From the NCBI GenBank assembly GCA_964016885.1, contig OZ024747.1:1426001-1490000 (forward strand): 64,000 nt of DNA, read 5' to 3'. This DNA is from Eledone cirrhosa (lineage: Eukaryota). The notes under the pieces are model-generated. The model was not told where the DNA came from. It worked only from the letters and a program-made list of their open reading frames with translations, and did no database searches. This document shows positions 1-15,692 of the stretch, in pieces (the first letter of the stretch is position 1; the number at the start of each line of letters is the position of its first letter). Made by a program: the position numbers and the translations under genes.

Positions 1-86
1 GTTTAATATAAGGAATTGTTTATTCATTATTTGTTTAATATTTTATATATATATATATATGTATACATAAATATATATATACACAC

Positions 87-118
<32 letters not shown>

Positions 119-240
119 GTATACATAAATATATATATATATATACATATATATATGTATATGTATACATAAATATATATATATATATGTATACATATAT
201 ATATATATATATATATATGTATACATAAATATATATATAT

Positions 241-280
<40 letters not shown>

Positions 281-541
281 GTATACATAAATATATATAT
301 ACACACATATATATATATATGTATATGTATATATATATACATACATATATACATATATACATACATACATGCTATGCATACATACATACATAGATATATA
401 CATATATACATACATATATTCATATATACATACATACATATATATATACATACATACATATATACATACATACATATATACATATATACATACATATATT
501 CATATATACATACATGGTATGCATACCCAGACACACACACA

Positions 542-637
<96 letters not shown>

Positions 638-1063
638 ATACATAATCGGAGAAAGCTAATAGCGCTACTCCGGTCAACTAGCAAGCCATGACAAACTAGG
701 GTATGTATGGAGTACTCCTTACAAAAGAGTTAGTGAGGCAAATAATAATAAAAAAAAATAATTAAATTAAAAATGTCCAATATTGAAGGAGATCAACGGG
801 AGGCAGATTATAGGAAAACGACAAAGAAAAGGAAAACAAAAAGAAGGGAAACAACTCGACATTTCTCTTGAACCTTTTAGTAGCTTCCATGTAGTCTTGT
901 TTATATTTGATAGATCTGTAGTGATATAACACTAGAATTAGGACATGTAGAGACAGAGGAGATAAAGAAATGTAATTGATCTTTATTCTAAACTTCTATT
1001 GAATATATTTTCGACTCTCCTCTTTCTTTCTGTCTTTTTTTCTTCATTTATCTTACCCCCCCC

Positions 1064-1153
<90 letters not shown>

Positions 1154-1935
1154 ATATGCACATAGAGAGAGATAATCAAAAAATTACATTAACATATTCA
1201 ATACAATTTTCGCGTAAAATATAGATATTGATATAATCAATGTATCGATTAAAATATCGTTAATTTCATATCGTAAGTTGTAAGTCAGACATTCGTCAGA
1301 CGATATAAAATCTAGAACTTTCCAGAAGAGGCTCTAGATTCTTATATGAAACTGAAGTTATCTCTACTAAACCACATCACGTTATATCGGTATAACAGGA
1401 CGTACATTTAAACAACGTTGCTTCAACCACACACCTTCCTTCAGAGAGGAAAACATCATTCTTAAATTACATTTGACATTTAAAGGATATGAAACTGATT
1501 TTGACATCAAATGAAATGTTCTAGAGCGATAAAAAGATGCACTTTATGTTGAGCCGAGAAGAGATTGATACTGAATAAGATCAACAATTTCTTGTATTTA
1601 TCTAAACACAAGATAAGTACTTGAGACCCACGCACATACACAAACATTCACACGGACCTGACATCCCTACATAGTTGTTTTCTGTCAAATCTGTGCTGCA
1701 GATGATAATATGTTCATATTATTTCACCTGGAAAATGCTGATAGAATAAATAAATGTAGTAAGACCAATGTGCAACAAAAATCGGAAAATTACTTTTTAC
1801 TCTCACTTTTAAAAACATCGAAATACTCCGCACCATCGTTGCGGTCTTATTTCTTTTCACATAATTTGACATGCATGCAATTGTCAACATAAATACCCAT
1901 ATACACACACACACACGTACACGCACACGCACACG

Positions 1936-2028
<93 letters not shown>

Positions 2029-2485
2029 GCATGTATGTATACAAATACACAGATGCACATAAATGTAGGCGTGGGAATATTTGCTTACACCACACACACA
2101 TGCGCATATATATAGTTGCGGATTCCATGTGCACATATCATCTGTCACAACCATTGTGTATGTATATATATATATATATATATATATAATCAAAGTTTAT
2201 ATGGTTCGTTGATTATTCAACGAATACAATTTTACAATAGATTAGAAGCACTTGACAGTAATTTTTCTGGAGTATTTAATATTATTCAAAATATTAATAA
2301 ATGAAAAATATTCTCATAACCAAAATATATATTTTATTATACATATTTCAAAGGTACAATGGTGTTTAAGTACGTTTTCATCAAATAAAATATATGCGAG
2401 ATTGGATATGCGACATACCACTACGGTTTTGATTATTCAATTCCAGTACTACCACTCTTGGAATTGAATAATAAAAACCGCAGCG

Positions 2486-2548
2486 TATTTTATCTGATGA
2501 AAACGTACTTAAACACCATTGTACCTTCGAAATATGTATAATAGAATA
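2486..2548 (+). ncRNA. Minimal type I hammerhead ribozyme motif (right arm of palindrome ~2280-2598)
   Basis: UAUUUUAU CUGAUGA [AAACGUAC..GUACCUUC] GAA A-UAUGUA-U A AUAGAAUA. Confidence 0.75.
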
Positions 2549-2591
2549 TATATTTTGGTTATGAGAATATTTTTCATTTATTAATATTTTG

Positions 2592-2695
<104 letters not shown>

Positions 2696-2721
2696 GTATG
2701 TATATATATATGTATGTATGC

Positions 2722-2754
<33 letters not shown>

Positions 2755-3423
2755 TGTGTATATATATACACATATATATACATACATATATATATACACA
2801 CACATATATATATACATGTGTATATGTATATATTGTGTACAAACGCCTTTTAATCCGATGTATAAACTAAGGTTCATACAATTTGAATGGTACCGTCTAT
2901 ACCCCCTCCCCTAATCACTCTATTACCACCAATACAATCACCCCCCCCCCCACCTCTTTCTTATACTTTCTGTCTGTCAGTCGGATCCTATCTAATAATC
3001 TATCATTTCCTAATTCTCTCGCTAACATACAACATATTCGCTTTCGACAGTTCTCAAAATGGCGGCGTCAAGCTATTTGTGTATACGGACGAAATGTAAA
3101 AGATATATAGAAAGCTTTCCTATAAAAGACATTACAACAACAGTTATGCATTTATATAAATGGTGATGGTGGAGGTGGTTAAACTGAAACCGTTAAGTGT
3201 ATAATCGTTTGTGTTTATTTAAGAGAACGCTATCGGGTATTTTAATCGCTCACCCTGTTCGGTCTATGAAACCTACTTAGTATAGCCATCTTCACACACC
3301 CAACACATTACACTTTCTATAACTCTTTCTCATCTTGTGTCATCGCATATCAGTCGATCGGTGGTGGCGCTGGGAGAAAGGATGTTCAGTGACACACACA
3401 CACACATGCTCACACTCACACAC

Positions 3424-3455
<32 letters not shown>

Positions 3456-3468
3456 GCTCACACACATG

Positions 3469-3505
<37 letters not shown>

Positions 3506-3796
3506 TCACACACACACACACACACACACATGCACAAACACAAAGGTACGCACGCACGTACGCTCACATATATTTGTGTGTAATATATAAATGTATGTAA
3601 ATGTATATATATATATACAAATAAAATATATACAAATATATACAAATAAAATACATATGTGTGGGTGGGTGGGTGGGTGTAAAAGTATAACAAAAATAAC
3701 AAAAACAAACGGCACAGTACATGGAAGAAATATATACGTATATATATAATTTTAATTTCAAAGATAAAGAACTCAATACATTTTAAATGTGATGTT

Positions 3797-3858
<62 letters not shown>

Positions 3859-4889
3859 TGACATTTAAAATGTATTGAGTTCTTTATCTTTGAAATTATA
3901 TATATATATATATATATGTATATAAAACATGAGAAGAAAGAATACTGCATGGTTGCACATGGGTTACATATGATAAAAATAGTCCTTCGTCAGTGATTTG
4001 CCAACCAGCATTGATATTTCATCGCATTAAAAATCATATACCTCAGGTTGGTGCGAGCAATAACTAAAAAAAGCTATTGGGACAAGTAAATCGCGTAAAG
4101 CGAGTGAGACAAGTAAACAACATAGAAGGATGAAAGCAACGCAAAGATGGGAATAAACAAGCAACATGGTTATCCGGTCAGCATAAGCTGGGTGGATTTC
4201 ATGAGCGATCAAGATACAGACCGTCGGACGTGAGTGAGATGTGAGCAAGAAGAGAACCCACTACTAGCCAAACGGGAGGAAGTGAGAAGGGGAGAATATA
4301 TATACATATATATAAATTTAGAGGCGGCCAACTCTTCCCTGTGTCAGCACAACGTTATAAGAAGTCAAAATAATACATATACTGGGTGGTTGAAAAGAAC
4401 CTCCCTATTGAAAAATACTGATAACTGTTGGCCCACTTTGATTGGCACAACATCAATGGCCCCATATTCATGCCAGATGAGGTCTTCTGTCTCAATTGGA
4501 GGAACTATTCCTCATGGACTGACCAACGTACAACGAGTTTACTGATGAAGTCAGTCTAGGATAAACCCAGACTATTACAAAAACTGATGAACAATGCTGG
4601 GGCCCATGTAGAATGTTAATACATTTACATTTCCCGACCCCTTTAACATGAGAGGCAAAGCTAACCTCGGCGAGATTTGAACCTGGAACGTAAGGAACGT
4701 AACTATATGCCACAAAGCATGTTGTCCGAAACTCTACCAATACTAGCAATCCACCTCCCTCACATCACCTATAATCAGTTGGTATAACCCTCAGTCCACA
4801 GGACGAATTTGGTACAAAGTAGTTCCACAACAAATTAACAAACCATAGTTGAGGACACGTGTTTCACCCGAAGGATACTTCAACCGGTC

Positions 4890-5075
4890 TCTCTCTCTCT
4901 ATATATTTGTATATATATATAACACTACTAACCTCTCTCTATATATATTTGTATATATATATAACACTACTAACCTCTCTCTCTATATATTTGTATATAT
5001 AACACTACTAACCTCTCTCTCTATATATTTGTATATATATATATATAACACTACTAACCTCTCTCTATATATATT

Positions 5076-5138
<63 letters not shown>

Positions 5139-5209
5139 CACTACTAACCTGTCTCTCTATATATTTGTATATATATATAAAACACTACTAACCTCTCTCT
5201 CTATATATT

Positions 5210-5286
<77 letters not shown>

Positions 5287-5451
5287 CACTACTAACCTGT
5301 CTCTCTATATATTTGTATATATATATATATATAACACTACTAACCTCTCTCTATATATATTTGTATATATATATATATAACACTACTAACCTCTCTCTCT
5401 ATATATTTGTATATATATATAAAACACTACTAACCTCTCTCTCTATATATT

Positions 5452-5486
<35 letters not shown>

Positions 5487-5557
5487 CACTACTAACCTGT
5501 CTCTCTATATATTTGTATATATATATAAAACACTACTAACCTGTCTCTCTATATATT

Positions 5558-5594
<37 letters not shown>

Positions 5595-5711
5595 CACTAC
5601 TAACCTGTCTCTCTATATATTTGTATATATATATATATAACACTACTAACCTGTCTCTCTATATATTTGTATATATATATAAAACACTACTAACCTGTCT
5701 CTCTATATATT

Positions 5712-5772
<61 letters not shown>

Positions 5773-5823
5773 TACTAACCTGTCTCTCTATATATTTGTA
5801 TATATATATAAAACACTACTAAC
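4890..5823 (-). repeat. Tandem array of the exon 2 3' end plus 5' splice site, interleaved with (TA)n
   Basis: 16 extra copies of aacactactaacct(g/c)tctct(ct)atatatttg(ta)n, i.e. AGAGA(C/G)AG|GTTAGTAGTGT on the minus strand. Confidence 0.92.
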
Positions 5824-6011
5824 CTGTCTCTCTGTCAGTTGAAGTAACTTAGCAAGACGTTTCCTCTCAGGCGGAGAAAGATATTTCTGGGTTTCGAACT
5901 TCTTCTCCAGTTCAACGGTTTGGTCGTTTGAAAACCTCACCTGTCCGCCCTTCCGTTTGTGGAGTGGTCTCTGCATGAAATGGTTCCATAGTAGCGGTGT
6001 CTTTGATGCAA
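5824..6011 (-). CDS. Hhex: Hhex coding exon 2 (homeodomain helices 1-2)
   Basis: Acceptor ttacag|TT; (V)[62 protein letters not shown]; donor CAG|GTTAGT. Near-identical to the HHEX homeodomain, with the same ERQ|VKTWF intron position. The VKTWFQNRR exon was not found in the window. Confidence 0.96.
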
Positions 6012-6025
6012 CTGTAACACACAGA

Positions 6026-6082
<57 letters not shown>

Positions 6083-6087
<5 letters not shown>

Positions 6088-6220
6088 GAGGAGGTGTGCT
6101 GAAATGTTCCTAGATTTAGGTAAAAAAAACCAAAAAAAAAACCGGAGGATCAGTTAATTATAATTTTATTCAACATATTCCCCTCTCAGATTCACACTTA
6201 TTTCAGCGGTTCTTCAGTAG
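6083..6220 (+). mobile_element. Tc1/mariner-like transposon end remnant
   Basis: TA followed by ..GAGGTGTGCTGAAATGTTCCT resembles a mariner TIR; no partner end seen. Confidence 0.4.
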
Positions 6221-6407
6221 AGAGACTATTCAGCCTTAATAATAATAATTGTTTCTACTTTTGACACAAGGCCAGCAATAGCCCAGTGTATCACTGGTAC
6301 ATTATTTTATCGACCCCGTAAGGATGAAAGGCAAAGTTAACCTCGGCGGGATTAATAATGATAATAATATATAAATATATAAGATGTAAGAATAAAACCG
6401 TCTCTTT

Positions 6408-6462
<55 letters not shown>

Positions 6463-6553
6463 TATATATATATACGAAACAGAAAATTTGAGGAGACGGG
6501 CTGGGCGGAAAATACATTTTTTTAGAGAAAAATAACAGGTCCATTCATGTTGC

Positions 6554-6628
<75 letters not shown>

Positions 6629-6824
6629 AGAGATATATATATAGAAAGAGAGGGGAAAGGGAGTGTGTGTGTGCGCGCGACCAAAATCCGAAGAGGGCTC
6701 GATAAGTATTGTATATATATATATATATATATAAACCCGTAAAGCAAATATTTATTATTAATAAAGAATTTCTGCTTTCACTCTATACGGGATCTTCTGA
6801 AACTGAGAAAAGATAACACACACT

Positions 6825-6867
<43 letters not shown>

Positions 6868-7138
6868 GTATGAATGGAATCTCCAGAAGATCCCATATTG
6901 GGTGAAAGCAGAAATTATTTGCTTAAATTTTAATCTGTACTAATAATTTATGATCTACCTGGTCCCTGTATCACAGACTATCAATGTACATACATACATA
7001 TACATATATATATATATATGTGTGTATGTGTGTGTGTGTATATATGTGTATATACATATCACTGAATATTGTAATTAACAAGTGACGGTATGGGTCATCT
7101 AAAGAAATAGCTTCAAATTATATGTGTGTGTGTGTGTG

Positions 7139-7169
<31 letters not shown>

Positions 7170-7316
7170 TTTTGTGTGTGTGCCTCTCTGTTTGTGTGTG
7201 TGCCTGTGCGTGTGTGTGTCTCTCTCTCTCTATGTGCCTGTGTGCGTGTCTCTCTGTGTGTGTGTCTCTGTGTGTGTGTGTCTGTGTGTGTGTGTGTCTC
7301 TGTGTGTGTGTGTCTC

Positions 7317-7435
<119 letters not shown>

Positions 7436-7646
7436 CTGCTTCTTTAAACTCTTCCAGTAGTGTTTCCGCCATGATAAGAAACTTGTCACCGAATGTTCAA
7501 TAAGCCAGGACTTGTGTCAGATCTTGCTGAGCTTACACAGGAAACTTTCCCGGGACCACATTGGCAATTTCCTAAATACTTTTGTAGAGGTCAACTTCCG
7601 CTTAGACCCACAAAAAACAAACTGTATCTCTACATAGTATTCTATT

Positions 7647-7701
<55 letters not shown>

Positions 7702-8320
7702 CACACAACACACACACACACACCCGCAACACACACACACACCCACAACACACACACACGTATGTAATGTATATGTCAGTGGCGGTGGAACTGGGGGCGG
7801 GGCATGTCCCCCTCCAATAATATTTTCTCCCCAAACTACCAAAACCAGGATATGTGCTACCATTTATGTAGATGTTATGTTTATCTCATATCGAGGTTTT
7901 CTCACCATTTTAGAATGCAATGAGCTAAACTAATCACTACAACTAAATTGCCCCCACCTACAATTCAGAAAACCCTCCTGTATGTATATTCATTTATGTT
8001 TTGTGGTTCACTAATAGCTAGAACAGGTCATTCCATTCAGTTAACCACAATGTATTTGTAGTAAAGCACTCTACGTTACGCAACTCATCCATCGTTGATG
8101 TTGAATCCCGTGGTGCAAGAACGGAGTTCAGGAGGCCGGAATGGTAATATTCCTTCAAACGTTTATTGTTGCAAATAGAACTTTTAAGGAATGTTACCAT
8201 TCCGGCCTCCTCTTATTTTAATCAAACTATATATATATGCCCCCCCCCCCACTCTCAAAAGCCTGAACTTAATAAACTCTTATTTGTACTGCCTCTCTGT
8301 TTTTGTTCCCGTTCAAGTTT

Positions 8321-8375
<55 letters not shown>

Positions 8376-9654
8376 TACCATTAAAGCCCGGCGTTGCTCG
8401 GGGTCAGTAAGTTACCAAAGTTAGGTTGCACCACCCATTTTATGGCAGCACTTTTTTGTCTGCCAGGCACTGGGTGAATGAATTGCAGACCTGGACTGCC
8501 GAAGCAGGAGCTGCGCCAGCAGTGACAATTGTAGTTTCACCTATGGATATTATCTCTGTGCAAAGAAGTGTTGAAATTTATTGTTTCACAGTACTTGCGC
8601 AACACGCACGTAGACGATGCCAGCCGAACAACAAAGCTGCGATGGAGTTGTTCTGCATGGTTGTCTAATGTGTGTTTTCTAAATTTAAGACAGTAGGGAG
8701 GGGTGTGATATGGGGGAGAGTTAGCTGCTGTTTCTAGCAGGTTTAGTGACTTCATAGAGGATATGTTTTCTAAATTTAAGACAGTAGGGAGTGGTGTGAT
8801 ATGGGGGAGAGTTAGCTGCTGTTTCTAGCAGGTTTAGTGACATCATAGAGGATATTATTGTGTATAGTAAATGAACTGATACTTCTTTCTTCCACGTTCG
8901 TTGATAGATGTTTTAAAAAAGATTTATCGCTATTTTTGTTGTTGTTGAATAAATTTATCTGTTGCTTTTGAATAATTGTTGTTTCGTAAGAAATGTAATA
9001 ATTTCTCTTTGTCATTGAAGTAAATAAATGTTTGACCGTTCCACACTCAAAAACAAACGTTCACTCTCTCCCTCTCACTCTCTCTCTTAAAGTTTGTAAG
9101 TTTAATCATCATCATCATCATCATTATCTATAAAAGGCAGATTGTTGTTGTTGTGTGTGTGTGCATGTTCCATGTTTATATTCGATAAAACTACATACAT
9201 GCTGCAACTTTCTCTGATGAAGGGGAGTAGAGAGAGGTAATCTGATTGTATTAGAGGGGTAAAGCGTCATGTATTTATTTTTATCGATTATTTCCGTAAG
9301 TTAGACCATTTACAACATTCTTACAGACTTTGAGTCGAATCGGTTTGAAATTGTGCAAATGTATAAACATGGAACATGCACACACACACACACATACACA
9401 CACAACAACAACAACAATCTGCCTTTTATAGATGATGATACGTACATACATACATACAACCTTGCCACCAGGAAGGTGGCTGGTCAAAAAATATACTCGA
9501 AATTAAGAGAAAGAGATAACATACATACATACATTTACATCAATCCATCCATATATGTGTGTAAGCCGGTGTGTATATATATATACATACATATATACAT
9601 ACATTTACATCAATCCATCCATATCTGTGTGTAAGCCGGTGTGTATATATATAC

Positions 9655-10250
9655 ATGGTGGCTGCCAACTAGTTTTCGAGTACGGCCACTACTTTATATC
9701 CATGTAGGAGAACCCCTACCGATGCGCTGAACGAGTGTGACTTTTTAGTCCAACCAGCGACTTGAAAACTCTGGTACAAACACTACACCTGTGACAATTA
9801 TTGACACATAGTGCTGGGCCCATAGTACCATGTGACGACAAATGCAGAGAGATCTCCAGATATAAAGCAATGCCTGTGCCGTGAAGCTTTTATAGTGAGC
9901 AAAAGCACTGCACAAAGCCAGTCCCACTCTCTTAACCAAGATGATATTTACCAAAAGGAAGAACAAGTCAACATCATTGGATACCATCAGGGTTGCAGGT
10001 GTTATATCAGAGTTTTCCTTCTCCTAGAATTCTGCCTTGACAAAGGCTAAGGGATCATCTCTCCCGGTGATTTTGGATGGCCATTGACTCTTAAGAGCTC
10101 CTTTGCCCTTTGACAGGTTTTGTTTTTAGTCCTGCAGGATGTCCAAAGTCACCCTCCTCACCAAGAAACCTTGGTGGGGTTGCCAGTTCAGTCGCCAACG
10201 AGACAGGTTGTACTGGGATACATGTTACCAGTAGCACCAACTGGTGACCT
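9655..10250 (-). repeat. ~590-bp dispersed repeat, inverted partner at 38611-39210
   Basis: Direct comparison shows high identity between the two copies in opposite orientation; both are embedded in microsatellites. Confidence 0.88.
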
Positions 10251-10471
10251 GACATACACACATACATATGTATATACATACATTTACATCAATCCATCCA
10301 TATCTGTGTGTAAGCCGGTGTGTATATATATATACATATATATATATACATACATACATCCATATCTGTGTGTAAGCCGGTGTGTATATTATCCTGATAG
10401 AGAAAGAGACTGAGAATAAGGAGGGAGTCGAGTAAAAGATACACTGCTTAATATGGCAGTTAAAGACGTCA

Positions 10472-11492
10472 AGACCAGCTCATATCTACCCAGCCATCTA
10501 CCCAACACCAGTTCATATCTACTCAGCTGTCTACCCAACACCAGCTCATATCTACCCAGCCGTCTACCCAACACCAGCTCATACCTACCCAGCCATCTAC
10601 CCAACACCAGCTCATATCTACCCAACCATCTACCCAACACCAGCTCATATCTACCCATCCATCTACCCAACACCAGCTCATATCTACCCAGCCATCTACC
10701 CAAAACCAGCTCATACCTACCCAGCCATCTACCCAACACCAGCTCACATCTACCCAACCATCTACCCAACACCAGCTCATATCTACCCAACACCAGCTCA
10801 TATCTACCCAGCCATCTACCCAACACCAGCTCACATCTACCCAGCCATCTACCCAACACCAGCTCATATCTACCCAGCCGTCTACCCAACACCAGCTCAT
10901 ACCTACCCAGCCATCTACCCAACACCAGCTCATATCTACCCAGCCATCTACCCAACACCAGCTCATATCTACCCAGCCATCTACCCAACACCAGCTCATA
11001 TCTACCCATCCATCTACCCAACACCAGCTCATATCTACCCAGCCATCTACCCAACACCAGCTCATATCTACCCAGCCATCTACCCAACACCAGCTCATAT
11101 CTACCCAGCCGTCTACCCAACACCAGCTCATATCTACCCAGCCGTCTACCCAACACCAGCTCATATCTACCCAGCCGTCTACCCAACACCAGCTCATATC
11201 TACCCAGCCATCTACCCAACACCAGCTCATATCTACCCAGCCGTCTACCCAACACCAGCTCATATATACCCAGCCGTCTACCCAACACCAGCTCATATCT
11301 ACCCAGCCATCTACCCAACACCAGCTCATATCTACCCATCCATCTACCCAACACCAGCTCATATCTACCCAGCCATCTACCCAACACCAGCTCATATCTA
11401 CCCATCCATCTACCCAAAACCAGCTCATATCTACCCAGCATCTACCCAACACCAGCTCATATCTACCCATCCATCTACCCAACACCAGCCCC
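10472..11492. repeat. 33-bp minisatellite (~31 copies)
   Basis: Unit CCAGCTCATATCTACCCAGCCATCTACCCAACA. Confidence 0.95.
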
Positions 11493-11517
11493 AACCTTTA
11501 TGAAACATATAATTATA

Positions 11518-12474
11518 ACTAGACATGAAAAATGCGCAAGCTCAAAAGTGCCACAGAATGTTATTATAAACCTTCAAAAGTGTGGGACTAGAGTTGTTGC
11601 TAAAAAATATTGTAATCATTATATATCGTACATTCTGTGGCATCCTTTATAAAAATAGCTTAAACCAACGAAGCCTTTATTTTTACGCTATTTCACTTAG
11701 TTAATTCTTAGAGTGTAACATATAAAAATATGATTTACAACTATAAAATAAATTAATTAATATAATAACAGAGCTGCGGAGCTGAAATTTAGGAAATAAT
11801 GGAGTATCGGATCCTGAGTTGGAGCCAGTCAATTTTTAGCCGACTCCGCAGCCCTGTATAATACATTTCATATTAAAGTTATTAATAAACCTATTTTACA
11901 CTGCATGCAAATTACCATGAGATATTGATATTAGATATAAGATACAGCGCAATATCTACAGCTGTAAAAGTACGAAAGCGAAGTAATAATAAGTGGCTTA
12001 AGGTAATTCCAATATGAAAGTTTGTAGTGATAAAAATTTGATAATGCAATACGATTGTTAATATTATAGTTCTATGAAAATGTAACAATAGATAACTAAA
12101 TTATTTTACTATTAGTATATTTAAGAAATTATCATTATAGATTTGATCGTTCATATAAGCATCATATTAATTTTCAACACAATTATTTTGTTACTATGAG
12201 TATATGATAATAATATTACGTAATTATTTATAGCTGTTATTACATTAAACATAGATGTATTTATTTTTATATGTTACACTCTAAGAATTAACTAAGTGAA
12301 ATAGCGTAAAAATAAAGGCTTCGTTGGTTTAAGCTATTTTTATAAAGGATGCCACAGAATGTACGATATATAATGATTACAATATTTTTTAGCAACAACT
12401 CTAGTCCCACACTTTTGAAGGTTTATTATAACATTCTGTGGCACTTTTGAGCTTGCGCATTTTTCATGTCTAGT
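11518..12474. mobile_element. Foldback/MITE-like element with ~210-bp near-perfect terminal inverted repeats
   Basis: 11518-11730 is the reverse complement of 12262-12474; AT-rich interior with a small nested inverted repeat at ~11770-11856. Confidence 0.8.
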
Positions 12475-13695
12475 TTAATATTTTTTTAAGGCAACGCTTG
12501 TAATAACTCTAGTTAAACAGGATATATATTAATAATAAATTATCGTTGTAATGTAATTAGATTACATTTGTTATTATAAATTATCTTATAAATATTAGTG
12601 TAAGATGTATAAAAATATTTTCAGACTTTTAATATAAACAACTACAAAAAACAATCAATATTAAATCAATATATTATACATAATAGAAGACATAAAATAA
12701 ACAATACAAATACAAAATATTTACATACAATTGCAATTATCAGTGTATATACATTTTCTTTATATTCCCTGAGCAAATTAATAAGATTTGTTTTTATTGT
12801 ACATAATTTGATGACTTGTTGGTGTGTATTAAAAGATAGCAACAATTTGTGATTAAATTGTTATCTTAAGCAACTCACTTTTTAATAGTTGTTGGCTGAG
12901 CGAAATTGTAAAAGCCTATGAGCAAATATAAAAACAAATACACAAACAACATTTCCTTGTGTTATTACAACATTAGATAAAATAATTGAGCAATGTCGTT
13001 ATATTTTGCTCTTATTGCACATTAATAGTGTTTCTATTTTTCGGCACAAATCCATTACGGCAGTCCATTACTGGTACTTTATTTTATCGAATTAGTAAGT
13101 ATGAAAGTCGAAGTTAACCTCGGCAGGATTTGAACTTAGAATGCAAAGGACCATAACAATACTGCAAAGCATGGTGTCTGACGCTCTACCAATACTTGTG
13201 TTGAGCTGGTCATTAATTTATGGTGGTCGTGCGTGGAGTAGAGCAATCGCTAGTTGAAATATTATGAACAAAACATTTTTATTTGCCGAAGAACATATTT
13301 TCAATACTGTTTGTGAATGTGACGAAGGAAATACATTCTGATATGGAACAGTGTACAAAGTGTGTCTGTGAATAACATAATGTTACCTCATGTTGTTGTC
13401 AAGACATAATGGATTTCGTTTATCCAGTTAGAAGATGAAACCTAGCCATCTCGGATTAGTTATATTTCATGCCATGTGTAAACGTGTTTGAGGATAGCAA
13501 AATATGCGTGTTTCTTGTCTGGAAACTTTCTGCTAAACAAATTTGTTTCAGTATATATTTAATATAATATTAATATATTTTGTAATATTATTAACTAATT
13601 ATTATAATTAGCGCTTCAGGCTTTGTCTATATACTGAAACAAATTTGTAAGTCATTACCTAATTAAACTCTTTGCTTGAAATTTTATCATTCTTC

Positions 13696-13742
<47 letters not shown>

Positions 13743-15352
13743 TTTATCTAGTCCTTCGCTCAAGATTAATCTATAAGTTTAGATGTCTGCCTTCGTTTAA
13801 GTAAATATTACAGTAAGATTTTTAATATAAACAACTACAAAAAACAATTAATATTAAAACGAAAAAATTATCAATGATAAAAGAAGCGGATGCAACTTTT
13901 TTTTTTATAAAGTTATATTCCTGTTTCTTTAAAGAACATTTCATTTTTGTTCTATTGTAGGCGAAATAATGCAATGGTTTAATAGGGAAGATATAACTTA
14001 CCAATTATGTCTCTAACCGTGTAACGCTTTTTAAGTAGATAACTACAATTGAAAATACTAAAGAAATGGAACCAACAATTCAATTTGAAAGTCGTCTACT
14101 TATAGTGACAGTGTATTACTGGTACTTTATTTTATCGACCCCGTAACGATGAAATGCAAATGCTTAAAATTTAAATTGCCTTAATTCTATCGTCTGCTGT
14201 TTCATTAAAGGGAGATTCTCGTCTGTATTTAATTCTATCGTCTACTGTTCCACTAAACAGATATACCTCCACTATCGTCTCGATTTATACATTTTAACTT
14301 ATAACTTATACACATTTGATTTGAAATATTTTATCTAGTCCCCCCTCTCAATATTATGATGATTTCTTTCGAATGAAACAGTTCTAGTCCTGTAGAAGCC
14401 ATTTATATATATAATTGAACTGAGTTAAAAATTCACAATATTTATAATTAAATAAGCTCATATATATATGTGTGTATTTATCTGTTTATTGTATTATATA
14501 TAATGTGTGTATATACAGGATGTCCCCCAAATATATATACACACTTCAACAGCATTCTAATAACTATTGCCTGTACAGGTAATCAAAGTGTCAATCGAAT
14601 GTTAGTTTCGTGTTTTAACAGTACAAATTTACAATACACACATAACACACATAAAACCAGTGTATATACATACATGAGTGTGTATAAACATACATGAATG
14701 TGTATATACAATATATATGTATATATATATATAGACACATATATTCACGGTGCAACGGAACATTAAAATATAGATGCGGGAGGGGGGTGTATATATAGGG
14801 GCGCTGGGGATAAAGGAGTGTAAAGCGTGTGTAATTGATATATTGAAGGAGGGGAGCGTGCAGCGATAGAGTAACAAATATATAGAGAGGGGGAGAGATG
14901 GTATTGAAGGGGAGGAGTGCAAAGCGAAAGAGTAAGAGATATATATATATAGAGACGGAACAGATAGAGAGAAACAGGCGTAAGTAACAGTGGAAGAGAT
15001 ATATAGAGAGGGGGAAATGTGTTATTGAAGGGGAGGAGTGTAAAGCGTAAGATATATATAGAGAGAGGGGGAATGGGATATATATATATATATATATATA
15101 TCAACACTTACTCTGATTGGTTGAAAATTAGCCAATGACATACGATCACCACCACCACGGCTATCCCGGGAAAATTTATGAAGATGTTAGGCATATATGT
15201 TAGAACACGAAAAGTGAACATTCTGTTGTTTCACACTTTTCGTGTTCTAACAGATATAACATAGCGTCTCACACCAAAGTTACAACTTGGTGGCAGTGTG
15301 AGCTGAGAGAGACGGAGGAGAAGGTGGTAAAATATAGAAAGGTCAGCGGACT

Positions 15353-15670
<318 letters not shown>

Positions 15671-15692
15671 ATATATATATACATATATATAT

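Noticed and set aside
3040-3075. FSKWRRQ resembling homeodomain helix 3 (exon 3)
   Set aside because: On the wrong strand relative to Hhex and lacks WFQNRR.
4541-4592. Two CTGATGA heptamers (also at ~9215 and ~49027)
   Set aside because: No downstream GAAA with pairing stems; expected by chance.
4890-5823. CRISPR-like repeat/spacer appearance
   Set aside because: The spacers are only variable-length (TA)n; the repeat is the Hhex splice donor.
10389-11652. 323-399 aa repetitive ORFs on both strands
   Set aside because: Artefact of a 33-bp (multiple of 3) minisatellite; no splice or domain evidence.
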